From Candidatus Latescibacterota bacterium (GTDB lineage Bacteria > Latescibacterota > UBA2968 > UBA8231), in NCBI GenBank assembly GCA_965221775.1, contig CBDCSU010000004.1, positions 960,001 to 1,024,000 on the forward strand: a stretch of 64,000 nt of DNA. The letters are read 5' to 3'. Shown piece by piece: positions 9,654-18,522 of this stretch. The notes beneath the pieces are model-generated. The model had not been told where the DNA came from. It ran no database searches and saw only the letters and a program-made list of their open reading frames with translations. Made by a program: the position numbers and the translations under genes. Every line of letters starts with the position of its first letter. Positions within the stretch are counted from its first letter, which is position 1.

Positions 9654-11528
9654 TCAGTCGAGGATGGAGCGGATCTTGTCGGAGATCTCACGGATTTTGA
9701 AAGGCTGCCCCTGAACCTTGTTGAGGGTTACCACCCGCACCGGGAAGCGGGCCTGGAGCAGCATCGCCAGCTGCCCCATGTTGAGCTCGGGCACCAGCAC
9801 CTGCCGGTAGCGGCCGATGACGTTGCCCAGGTTCCTCGGGAAGGGGTTCAGGTGGCGCAGGTGGAGGCTGGCCACGGACCGGCCCTGCTGCTGCATGTGC
9901 TCCGTCGCCGCCCGGATGGCCCCGAAGGTCCCGCCCCAGCCGATGACCAGCAGGTCGCCCCGGTCGGGGCCGAAGACCTCCGCCTCGGGGATGGAGTCGG
10001 CCACGCGGGCCACCTTGTCGGCGCGGATGCGGACGATCTCCTCGTGGTCCTCGGGGTCGTAGGAGACGTTGCCGCTGCCGTCCTGCTTGCCGAGACCCCC
10101 GATCCGGTGCTCCAGCCCCGGGGTCCCCGGCAGCACCCAGGGCCGGGCGAGGGTTTCCGGATCACGCATGTAGGGTTGGTACCCGTCGGGGTCGGTCCGA
10201 TGGGCGGCCTGGATGGGGGGGATGGAATCGACGTCGGGGATCCTCCAAGGCTCGGAGTTGTTGGCCAGATAGCCATCGGACAGGAGGAAGACCGGCGTCA
10301 TGTGGCGGACCGCGATCCGGCAGGCCTCGATGGTGAGGTCGAAGCAGTCGGCCGAGGTCGCCGCCGCCAGAACGGGCATCGGACTCTCGCCGTTGCGCCC
10401 GAAGAGGACCTCGAGCAGGTCCGCCTGCTCGGTCTTGGTGGGCAGGCCCGTGCTCGGGCCGCCGCGCTGCACGTTGATGATCACCATGGGCAGCTCGAGG
10501 ACCACGGCGAGGTTGATCCCTTCGCTCTTCAGGGCGATGCCGGGGCCGCTGGAAGCGGTGGCGGCCAGGGCTCCCCCGAAGGCGGCACCGACGACCGATC
10601 CGATGGCGGCGATCTCGTCCTCCGCCTGGAAGGTCCGCACGTCGAAGGACTTGAGGGCGGCCAGGCCCTCGAGGATCGGGCTGGCCGGGGTGATCGGGTA
10701 GCTGCCGTAGAACAGCGGCTTGCCGGCCTTGTGGGCCGCTGCCGCCAGGCCGAGGACGACCGCCTCGTTGCCGGTGATCCGGCGGTAGGTCCCGGCCTCG
10801 ACCTCGGTGCGGCTCGGCACCTGCATGCGCCCGGAGAAGGCCTCCGATGTCTCTCCGAAGGCGTATCCCGCCTTCAGGGCCCGGGTGTTGGCCTCCACCA
10901 CCTGGGGGCGCTTGGCGAACTTCTTCCGATAGAAGTTCAGGGTCGTGTCGAGGGGACGGTCGAAGAGCCAGAACGCCAGGCCCAGGGCGAAGGCGTTCTT
11001 GCACAGGTCCTTCTGCTGCGTCGTCATCCCCTCCACGTCGGCCAGCGCGTTGCGCGTCAGGGTGGTGAGGGGAACGCGGTGCACTTCGTATCCGCGCAGG
11101 CTGTCGTCGTCGAGGGGGGAGGAGGCGTACCCCGCCTTGCGCAGGTTGTTGCGCGTGAAGGCGTCCTCGTTGACGATGATCACCCCTCCAGGCCGCAGAT
11201 CCTCGAGATTGGCGGTGATGGCCGCCGGGTTCATGGCCACCAGCACCTGGGGCTCGTCGCCGGCGGTGTAGATCTCGGTGGAGGAGAAGTTGACCTGGAA
11301 CCCGGACAGCCCGGGGATGGTCCCGGCCGGAGCCCGGATCTCGGCGGGAAAGTCTGGGAAGGTCGATACGTCGTTGCCCAGGACGGCGGAGGTGTTGGTG
11401 AACTGGTCCCCCGTGAGCTGCATGCCGTCACCGGAATCGCCGGAGAAACGGATGACGACGGAATCGTGTCGGCGCGTGGTCGCGTCACGCACGGCGGACG
11501 GCTCGGCGGCCGGCGTCTCGGCCATCAA
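9654..11528 (-). CDS. korA: 2-oxoacid:ferredoxin oxidoreductase alpha (gamma-alpha fused) subunit
   Basis: GDSGDGMQLTG, PAEIRAPAGT, YPITPAS, QAEDEIAA, QRGGPSTGLPTKTEQAD. Confidence 0.95.
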   Translation of the reverse strand: MMAETPAAEPSAVRDATTRRHDSVVIRFSGDSGDGMQLTGDQFTNTSAVLGNDVSTFPDFPAEIRAPAGTIPGLSGFQVNFSSTEIYTAGDEPQVLVAMNPAAITANLEDLRPGGVIIVNEDAFTRNNLRKAGYASSPLDDDSLRGYEVHRVPLTTLTRNALADVEGMTTQQKDLCKNAFALGLAFWLFDRPLDTTLNFYRKKFAKRPQVVEANTRALKAGYAFGETSEAFSGRMQVPSRTEVEAGTYRRITGNEAVVLGLAAAAHKAGKPLFYGSYPITPASPILEGLAALKSFDVRTFQAEDEIAAIGSVVGAAFGGALAATASSGPGIALKSEGINLAVVLELPMVIINVQRGGPSTGLPTKTEQADLLEVLFGRNGESPMPVLAAATSADCFDLTIEACRIAVRHMTPVFLLSDGYLANNSEPWRIPDVDSIPPIQAAHRTDPDGYQPYMRDPETLARPWVLPGTPGLEHRIGGLGKQDGSGNVSYDPEDHEEIVRIRADKVARVADSIPEAEVFGPDRGDLLVIGWGGTFGAIRAATEHMQQQGRSVASLHLRHLNPFPRNLGNVIGRYRQVLVPELNMGQLAMLLQARFPVRVVTLNKVQGQPFKIREISDKIRSILD

Positions 11529-11579
11529 AGATCCTCCTGCTGGACGGGGATGGTTCGCGGGGGTGTGGGAACCACGAGG

Positions 11580-12050
11580 TCAGGCTCCCTCGCGGGTGCG
11601 GGGGATCAACTCCGGGTCCGGAGGGAGATTGTAGACCTCTCGAGGGAAGTGATCGGTGAGGTAGCGGATGACGGCGTGCTGGCTGAGATTGCCCACCACC
11701 CGGCCCTGGCCGTCGAGGACGGGCACGTTGCGGTAGTGTCCCTCGCGCATGAAGTGGAGGGCGTGCCCGGCCGTGTCGTCGGGGGAGACCGTCTGCGGGT
11801 CGGGCGTCATGAGCTCGCGTACCGGGGCCGCCAGCCGGGCCGGATCGTCGGCCACCTTGAGGAGGACATCCCGTTCGGTGAAGATCCCTTCGAGGCGGCC
11901 CTCCTCGCCGACGATGAGGGCCGCGCTCGCCCGGGCATCGCGCATGGCGGCGAGGACTTCGGCGACCGTGGGATCCCCCGAAACCTGAACGGATCCGCTC
12001 AGATCGAGATGGGAGATCCTCTCGTCGCGCAGGTCTTCAACCAGATTCAT
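11580..12050 (-). CDS. Tandem CBS domain protein
   Basis: LEGIFTERDVL, LMTPDP, YRNVPVLD. Confidence 0.88.
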   Translation of the reverse strand: MNLVEDLRDERISHLDLSGSVQVSGDPTVAEVLAAMRDARASAALIVGEEGRLEGIFTERDVLLKVADDPARLAAPVRELMTPDPQTVSPDDTAGHALHFMREGHYRNVPVLDGQGRVVGNLSQHAVIRYLTDHFPREVYNLPPDPELIPRTREGA

Positions 12051-12091
12051 CGGTCCGAGGGGGGATCGGCGGAAAGATCAACAGCTGCAAG

Positions 12092-12119
12092 AATATACCC
12101 CACCCCCCGAAACCGTCAA
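12092..12119 (-). promoter_or_regulatory. Putative sigma70 promoter for the CBS-korAB operon
   Basis: TTGACG-16 bp-TATATT. Confidence 0.55.
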
Positions 12120-14305
12120 GAATGCCGCGGATGCAGCCTCACCACGAGGTCGGCCAAGGCCTCCAGATCACCTGAACCATCGGCCACGAGGAGGCTCACC
12201 CCTCGCGAGGCGAACTGCAAGAGAGCCTCCGCAACCCGGCCTGCCGTCTCCGGCCGGCAACCCGCCGTGGGCCGGTCTAGCAGGAGCAGCTCGTCCTCCC
12301 GGGCCCTCACCGCATGGCCCGCAAGGCGGGCCAGCAGGCGCTCCGCCTCCTCGAGCCCGTCGACCCCCTCCCCCAGCCGCCGCTCGGCCAGGCCGTAGCG
12401 GACCGCCGCCGCGAGAGGCTCGTGCACGCCGCGCTCCCTCCTGAAGTGGGCGGCGCCCTCCTCGACGGTCATGGCCAGGACCTCCGCCACGTTCACGCCT
12501 CGCCCGGTGACCTGGAGGACCTCTTCGCCGAAACGCCGGCCCTCGCAGCGGGGGCAGGTGGCGGCGAAGTCCTCCATCACCTCCAGCCGGTGGCGTACCA
12601 CGCCGGCCCCCTCGCAGTGGCTGCAGCGGCCGCCCGGCCGATCGAGGAGGAAGCTCCTAGGCTCGAGGCCGAGCCCCTCGGCCGCCGGCCCCCGGGCCAG
12701 CAGCCGCGCCAGGGGCCGCATGGCACCGAGCCGGTCCATGAGCACGGCCTGCTCCCCCGCCGGAGAGCGAGCCTCGGCGCCGACATCGATGCAGCGCCGG
12801 ACGGCCGGCGCCCGAACCGGCCGCACCGGGACATCCCGCCCGGGGGACAGGGCCCTGAAGATCAGATGAAGGAGTGCGGTCTTCCCCGAGCCGGTGGGGC
12901 CGGCGAGCAGCGCCAGCCGTCCCAGAGGGATGCACAGCTCCGGCCCTGGCGGCACGGGCCCCGTATCGCACCCGGCGGGCGCCTCCCCCACCACCAGATC
13001 CAGCACCTCGTGAGCGGCGGGCGGGCGGGCGGCCCCCCGCAGGGCCGCCGCCGTTGCCGACGGCGCGGGACCGATGTGGATCACCTCGTCGGCCCACTCA
13101 CCCGCGGATGGATGGCCGTCGACGACCACCGCGGAGTTTCCGCGCTCGACGAGACGGCGCAACCCGCGGGCGACCCTGTCGCGCGTCGACCGATCGAGGG
13201 CGGAAAGCGGGGACAGCACCACGTGCAGGATGCCGCTCAGGCCGCCGGAGAGGGCGGCGGCCAGGCCCAGGAGCAGTTGCTCACCGTGGGACAGGTCGGC
13301 CACGGGCCTGGTGAGGGGAAGTTCCTCCAGTCCGAGATCCACGGCCCCGGCGAGGGCCCGCAACAGGCGGCCGGCCGGCTCGGGCCACCTCGGCTCCGCC
13401 TCCTTCGCCAGATCGGCCACCTGCCGGAGGCGCGCCTCCCGGGCCCAGTCACCGAGGGGCCGGCCCTTCAGCTCGATGGACTGCGGGCCGTCCTCCTCCG
13501 CGGCGGTCACCCGCTCCCAGTCCGGCTCTTCGCACTCGGCGCCGCAGCCGCCGCAGGTCAGGCGCGGCCCCGTCCAGACCTCCTGGCCGTCCTTCTCGCC
13601 GACGAGCAGGCTCGCGCCGCTGGCGAGGGCCCGGGCGTTGCGCACCGCCTCCCCCACCCGGGCCCGGGTCCGCGCCGCGCCGGGCGCAAGGCGATCGACG
13701 ACGACCTCCAGCCCCTCCTCGGCCAGGGCATCCTCGTCGACCTCTTCGAGTCGGTGGAGACGGGTCCCGGCGCGCAGACGGCGGAACCCGGCGCGGCCCA
13801 GCTCGTCGAGAACCCCGGGCCGGGATGCGGCGTCCTCCAGCTCCATCGGCGCCACGAACCAGACCGTCTGGGCGGGGAAGCGCTCCTCCAGCAGCCCGGC
13901 GACCCCCTCTTCGTCCAGGGCGGCGCAGCGGCCCCCGCAGCCCGGGCAGCGGATCTCCGAGAGGCCGCGCGCGAGCCTGGAGAGATCGCCGTAGAGGTGC
14001 AACTGTGTACCCACGGTCCGCCCGCCGGGCGGGGCGGGCAGGGCCTGGGCAGGTGGCAGTCCCTCGATACCGTCGACCTCGGCGGCCGCCCCGACACCGC
14101 CGAGGCGGGCCCGCTCGAAGGGAGACATGGACAGCAGGTAGCGCCGCCGGCTCTCGGCCAGCAGGACCCGGTGGGCCAGGGCCTCCACCCCTGCGCCCAT
14201 GGCCCCCGAGAGACAGACGATCCGGCCAAGGGGGATCGTCAGGTCCCCCCCCGGCAGCGGGGGTTCGCGGACCCCGCGCAACCGAATCGATCCGGTCGGC
14301 GTCAT
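12116..14305 (-). CDS. UvrA-like protein with degenerate ABC ATPase motifs
   Basis: UvrA architecture: IRLRGVRE, ESRRRYLLSMS, VDGIEGLPP, EVVVDRL, GGRCSHCEGAG, CPRCEGRRF, VLAMTVEEG. Several Walker and signature motifs are altered. Confidence 0.85.
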   Translation of the reverse strand: MTPTGSIRLRGVREPPLPGGDLTIPLGRIVCLSGAMGAGVEALAHRVLLAESRRRYLLSMSPFERARLGGVGAAAEVDGIEGLPPAQALPAPPGGRTVGTQLHLYGDLSRLARGLSEIRCPGCGGRCAALDEEGVAGLLEERFPAQTVWFVAPMELEDAASRPGVLDELGRAGFRRLRAGTRLHRLEEVDEDALAEEGLEVVVDRLAPGAARTRARVGEAVRNARALASGASLLVGEKDGQEVWTGPRLTCGGCGAECEEPDWERVTAAEEDGPQSIELKGRPLGDWAREARLRQVADLAKEAEPRWPEPAGRLLRALAGAVDLGLEELPLTRPVADLSHGEQLLLGLAAALSGGLSGILHVVLSPLSALDRSTRDRVARGLRRLVERGNSAVVVDGHPSAGEWADEVIHIGPAPSATAAALRGAARPPAAHEVLDLVVGEAPAGCDTGPVPPGPELCIPLGRLALLAGPTGSGKTALLHLIFRALSPGRDVPVRPVRAPAVRRCIDVGAEARSPAGEQAVLMDRLGAMRPLARLLARGPAAEGLGLEPRSFLLDRPGGRCSHCEGAGVVRHRLEVMEDFAATCPRCEGRRFGEEVLQVTGRGVNVAEVLAMTVEEGAAHFRRERGVHEPLAAAVRYGLAERRLGEGVDGLEEAERLLARLAGHAVRAREDELLLLDRPTAGCRPETAGRVAEALLQFASRGVSLLVADGSGDLEALADLVVRLHPRHS

Positions 14306-14394
14306 GGGTGGAGGATGGCGCACGGCCGCTCCTTGACCGATCGTTGACCGACGACGACGGGCCGCCGACACCGCCTCCGGAGGGGATTCCGCCC

Positions 14395-15204
14395 ATGAAA
14401 TACGCAGGTGCCCGCGCCGTGGCCGGACTGCTGCTCCTGGCCGGCCCGGCACCAGCCGACATCGAGCCTTTTTCCCATGGGCTCCTGGACAGCCTGCTGG
14501 TGGCCCGGGTCGACGACCGCGGCCGGGTCGACTATGCCGGCCTGGGCCGGAACCCTCACCGCCTCGACCGCTACCTGGCAGGGCTGGCCGCCTGCAGCCC
14601 GGAGAGCTGCCCGGAGCGTTTTTCCTCCGAGGCCGACGCTCTCGCCTACTGGATCAACGCCTACAACGCCTTCGTCCTGCGCGGCGTCCTCGACTCCCTC
14701 CCCATCGACAGCGTCGAGGAGGCCGAGGGCGGGCTCCACGGGTTCTTCCGGGTCCGCCGGTTCGTCGCCGGCGGGGATTCGTTGAGCCTCGACGAGATCG
14801 AGCACACCATCATCCGGCCGCGCTTCCGGGACCCGCGCATCCACTTCGCCGTCAACTGCGCCGCCGTGGGCTGCCCCGCCCTGGACTCGCGGGCCTACGC
14901 CGCCGCCGATCTCGACGAGCATCTGGACCGCCAGACTCGACGCTTCGCCCTGGATCCGGCGCACCTGAAGCTGGAGGAAGGCCGTCTCCGCCTCTCGAGC
15001 ATCATGGACTGGTACGGAGCGGACTTCGTGGAGTGGTTCCCTCGCCATCGAATGGAGGACCCGCCTTCGGACCCAACCCTCCTCGACTACCTGCTCCTCT
15101 ACCTGCCTGAGGAGAAAGCCCGGACCCTGCGTTCGGCCGGGGAGGTTCCCATCGACTTCGTGGAGTACGACTGGACGCTGAACCGCCAACCGGGCGGAGG
15201 CTAG
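14395..15204 (+). CDS. DUF547 domain exported protein
   Basis: Signal peptide, GRVDY, AYWINAYNA, DPRIHFAVNCAAVGCP, YDWTLN. Confidence 0.88.
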   Translation: MKYAGARAVAGLLLLAGPAPADIEPFSHGLLDSLLVARVDDRGRVDYAGLGRNPHRLDRYLAGLAACSPESCPERFSSEADALAYWINAYNAFVLRGVLDSLPIDSVEEAEGGLHGFFRVRRFVAGGDSLSLDEIEHTIIRPRFRDPRIHFAVNCAAVGCPALDSRAYAAADLDEHLDRQTRRFALDPAHLKLEEGRLRLSSIMDWYGADFVEWFPRHRMEDPPSDPTLLDYLLLYLPEEKARTLRSAGEVPIDFVEYDWTLNRQPGGG

Positions 15205-16049
15205 TCGAAGAACGGGTTGTTCCGCCGTTCCTCTTCCACGGTGGTCGCCGGACCGTGCCCCGGGTACAGGGTGGTCCCCGGCGGCAGCGACAGCAGCTCG
15301 CCCTCCACCGCCCGGCGCTGCCCGTCGTAGTCAGCCCGCCGCCGGGTTCCGCCGAGAGACCCGGCGAAGAGAGCGTCGCCGACGAAAGCGGCCTCCTCGT
15401 GGATCAGCGACACGCCGCCGGGGGTGTGCCCCGGTGTGCACGCCACCGTGAAGCTCTGCTCGCCGAGAGCGATGCGGCCACCCGGCTGCAGCCGCCCCTC
15501 GATCCTTGCTGCCAGACCCCCGGTGAGGCCGAGGTCCTCCGCGCCGATGGCGGCGCCGGCGCCCGTGGCGTCGAGGACGAGGGGAAGGTCGCCCACGTGA
15601 TCGCCATGGCCGTGGGTGAGCCAGACCTGTCTCACCCGCGCCCCCGACTCCGCCGCCGCCTCCAGCAGCCGGTCCCCCTGGAACCCGGGATCGACGATCG
15701 CCGCCTCGCCGGTGCGGCGGCAGGTGACGACATAGCCGTTCATCAGGAAGTCGTCGCCGAGGATCAGCATCCTCACCTCGAGGGCTTCCCCCGGCACACC
15801 CAGGGGATTGGCGGGAAAGTAGGCGGCCTCGGCGCTGGCCCGCAGCCTGCCGCCGTGGAGGCAGAGGGCCTCGGCGAGTCCTTCCACGATCCCCCCGCCG
15901 GGAATCCACTGGTAGGCCTCGATACGCTCCAGATCCCCGGCGGCGATCCCCGCCCTCTCCGCCACCTCCTCCACGGTCCGCTCCTGGCCGCGGCGGGCCT
16001 TGCCGACGACATCGCCGAACTCGTCCTCCAGATGGGTGTATCCGTCCAT
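15201..16049 (-). CDS. XRE-type HTH fused to a metallo-beta-lactamase-fold hydrolase (glyoxalase II-like)
   Basis: N-terminal EDEFGDVVGKARRG..VAERAGIAAGDLERIE helix-turn-helix; THGHGDH, TPGHTPG, GDALFAGS, YPGHGP. Confidence 0.85.
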   Translation of the reverse strand: MDGYTHLEDEFGDVVGKARRGQERTVEEVAERAGIAAGDLERIEAYQWIPGGGIVEGLAEALCLHGGRLRASAEAAYFPANPLGVPGEALEVRMLILGDDFLMNGYVVTCRRTGEAAIVDPGFQGDRLLEAAAESGARVRQVWLTHGHGDHVGDLPLVLDATGAGAAIGAEDLGLTGGLAARIEGRLQPGGRIALGEQSFTVACTPGHTPGGVSLIHEEAAFVGDALFAGSLGGTRRRADYDGQRRAVEGELLSLPPGTTLYPGHGPATTVEEERRNNPFFD

Positions 16050-16051
16050 GA

Positions 16052-16663
16052 TCAGTTCCTCATGCTGCGCACCAGGCTGCCGAATCCCTCCTCGTGGGCC
16101 GACACGGCCCCGGCGGGCCCGGTGAACTTGAGATACCAGGTGGTGCCGCCGGCCTCGAGGATGGCGCCGAGCATGCGGTATCCCTCGCGGATGGTGGCGT
16201 CGCCCATACCCATGCCGTCGCGGAAGGTGCCGGTCACGTCCACCATTGTCGCCCGCAGTCCGCCCTCGGTCTCCAGGGTCCAGCGCCTGCCCCGGGCAGG
16301 GCTGCCGTCGGGCTGGCTGAACTGGCCGAACCAGCGCTGCACGTTGGCGTCGACGGGGCCCATGTTCCCCTTGAATACCGCCAGGGTGGCGCCCTCGCCT
16401 CCTTCGGGGAAAGGAGCGGCGTACTCCGCGGTCCGCATCGAGCTGCTCGGGGGCACCCGCTGCCAGGCCTCCGGGACCCGGATCGTCACCCCCCCGTCCA
16501 GGGTCTGGACGGGCCCCTCTCCCCCCCCTGGAGGAGAGGTGGAGGGCATCTCCTCGAGAGGGGTCAGGTTCCTCTCCGCCAGGGCTTCGGCGGCCGGCTT
16601 GTCGCTGTAGTTCTGGCCGCAGGCGGCGGCCAGCCAGGCCGCCCACACGACCCGGTTCACCAT
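16052..16663 (-). CDS. Putative lipoprotein
   Basis: Lipobox LAAAC; WQRVPPSSSMR, GPVDANVQRWFGQF, RMLGAI..WYLKFTGP. Confidence 0.75.
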   Translation of the reverse strand: MVNRVVWAAWLAAACGQNYSDKPAAEALAERNLTPLEEMPSTSPPGGGEGPVQTLDGGVTIRVPEAWQRVPPSSSMRTAEYAAPFPEGGEGATLAVFKGNMGPVDANVQRWFGQFSQPDGSPARGRRWTLETEGGLRATMVDVTGTFRDGMGMGDATIREGYRMLGAILEAGGTTWYLKFTGPAGAVSAHEEGFGSLVRSMRN

Positions 16664-16713
16664 CCGTCCTGGTCGGTTCTTCATCGTCGCCCTCCGTGCC
16701 GCTGGCGCGGGAG

Positions 16714-16935
16714 TCACAGGCGGTCGGGGCGCGAGACCATCAGGGAGGTCTCGCCGCCAAGGGTCCCGCTCGACCGCCCCCAGCGCAGGCCGAACCCCGG
16801 GGCCGCCTCGAGGCTCGCCGCGTCGTCGAACTCGAGGACAGCGATGAAGGCGCCCACGTCCGCCTGCGAAGGGACGGCCGAACCGCCGCCGCCGATCAGG
16901 GCTGCGGCGAGGAGACTCCGGTGACGCCGGGTCAT
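16714..16935 (-). CDS. Short exported protein, possibly a truncated beta-barrel remnant
   Basis: GGGGAGAG RBS, a signal-like N-terminus and about three amphipathic strands, then a stop at 73 aa. Confidence 0.4.
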   Translation of the reverse strand: MTRRHRSLLAAALIGGGGSAVPSQADVGAFIAVLEFDDAASLEAAPGFGLRWGRSSGTLGGETSLMVSRPDRL

Positions 16936-16958
16936 GGCAACTCTCCCCATGCCCGCCC

Positions 16959-17681
16959 TCAGAAAGGGGGCCGCTCGAGGAAGACCGAGACCCCCAGATC
17001 GGCCCAGCGCCGGCGGGTGTCAGGCGTGCCGTTGCGGTAGCACAGCGCCGTCTGCGAGCCCTCGACGCTGCGCGCCACCGCCTCCACGCAGTCCTCCAGC
17101 CGGTGGTACGGCGGGTTGGGATGGGTCTCGATGTCGAAGGTCAGGTCCGTGGGCCCGAAGGAGAAGCAGTCGACGCCGGGAAGGGCGAAGGTGTGGGCGT
17201 GGAGGACGGCATTCAGGGACTCTATCTGGAGCCAGAGGACCCCGTTCTCGTTCCACCAGTCGGCGTACTCGCGGCTGTCGGCGAAGTCCTGGGCCCGGCG
17301 CCGGGCCCCGCCCCCGACGCTGCGCCCGCCTCGCGGCGGGTAGTACATGTTCGTCTCGGCCTCGCGCGCCGTCTCCAGGCTCTCGACCTGGGGCACCTCG
17401 ATGCCGGTGGGCCCGAGGTCGAGAAGGTTGCCGATCAGGCAGGTGTGGCTCGTGTGCTTGATGCGCAGGCGCACGGGCAGGCCGGCCTCGTCGGCGCGGT
17501 TGCAGAACTCGACGAGGGCGGGCTCGCTCAAGGCGGAGTGCTGGCTGTCCGTGGCCACGAAGTCGTACGGCCCGTGCTCGTCCCGGGCCCGCGCGAGCTG
17601 CTCGGCCGTGGCCGTCACCGGCGCGCTGAACCCGAAGGTCGGCTCCCCGGAGCGGATCCTGTCCTTCAGTCCCTGTGGCAT
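16959..17681 (-). CDS. HpcH/HpaI family class II aldolase
   Basis: LLDLGPTGIEVPQVE, YYPPRGGRSVG, LQIES, FGPTDL. Confidence 0.85.
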   Translation of the reverse strand: MPQGLKDRIRSGEPTFGFSAPVTATAEQLARARDEHGPYDFVATDSQHSALSEPALVEFCNRADEAGLPVRLRIKHTSHTCLIGNLLDLGPTGIEVPQVESLETAREAETNMYYPPRGGRSVGGGARRRAQDFADSREYADWWNENGVLWLQIESLNAVLHAHTFALPGVDCFSFGPTDLTFDIETHPNPPYHRLEDCVEAVARSVEGSQTALCYRNGTPDTRRRWADLGVSVFLERPPF

Positions 17682-17706
17682 CTCTCGCCTCTCCCTTCCA
17701 GGTCTC

Positions 17707-18522
17707 TCACGCTTGGTCGAGGAGCGGAAACAAGGGCGCCACGGCGCCGAACATGCCGGGGAACCGGAACAGCGGTTCCTCCCCGCCGGCGATCCGCTCC
17801 AGGACGCCGGGTGTCAGCAGAGCCCGGGCCCGATCGAAGAGGGCCGGGTCCGCCCCCGCATCGTAGCTGCCGGAGGCCTGGGCGGCCTGACGCGCGGCCT
17901 CGACGCCCGGGTCCTCCGCCACGGCGGCGGCCATCCCGTCGAAAAAGGACCCGAGGGAGGATCCCCCGCCGGACTTCCACAGCTCCGCGAAAGCCTCGGT
18001 GGTCTGGCGCAGGCGCGCCTCCGCTCCGGCGGGAGGCGGCTCCCCCGCTCTCGTCAACGGCGCCGCATGCCCGTGGAGCGGTGTGCGGTCCTCGGTCTGG
18101 AAGGCCACCAGGACGCGGTGCCCCGCCCGCGGGACGGCGCGGAAGCGCACCACCGACCCCGGGGAGACGAGAACCGTGCGGCCTTCCTCCACCGGCCGGG
18201 AGGCGGCCCCCTGCGGGGTCAGGACGTCGACGAAGGCCCGGGCCGCGTGGTACAGGCGGACATGCTCGAGAGGACGGCCGTCGATGCCGCAGCGCCCGAA
18301 GGGGACGGAGAGACCGGCTTCGTCCGGGCTCTCGCCGGCGCCCGAGGCCCCTCCCTCCAGGTGGCAGCGCAACTCATCGGCCAGGGCCTGCGCCTCTTCA
18401 GCCGGGTCCGCGGGCAGCGGATCGCAGGCGGCGGAGGCGGCGTCGCCCCTCAAGCGGGCGCGGTAGAGGATCCCGTACCCGAAGAGGCGGGCGCCGAGGG
18501 GACCGTCCGTCGCCCCGGTCAC
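17707..18522 (-). CDS. Hypothetical protein with a possible cupin-like region
   Basis: GTG start overlaps the aminotransferase stop (GTGA); beta-rich segment EHVRLYH..GRTVLVSPGSVVRF. Confidence 0.6.
   Translation of the reverse strand: MTGATDGPLGARLFGYGILYRARLRGDAASAACDPLPADPAEEAQALADELRCHLEGGASGAGESPDEAGLSVPFGRCGIDGRPLEHVRLYHAARAFVDVLTPQGAASRPVEEGRTVLVSPGSVVRFRAVPRAGHRVLVAFQTEDRTPLHGHAAPLTRAGEPPPAGAEARLRQTTEAFAELWKSGGGSSLGSFFDGMAAAVAEDPGVEAARQAAQASGSYDAGADPALFDRARALLTPGVLERIAGGEEPLFRFPGMFGAVAPLFPLLDQA

Noticed and set aside
16683-16716. Possible selenocysteine readthrough of the TGA ending the 73-aa ORF
   Set aside because: Readthrough adds only about 10 residues before another stop, and there is no redox motif context.
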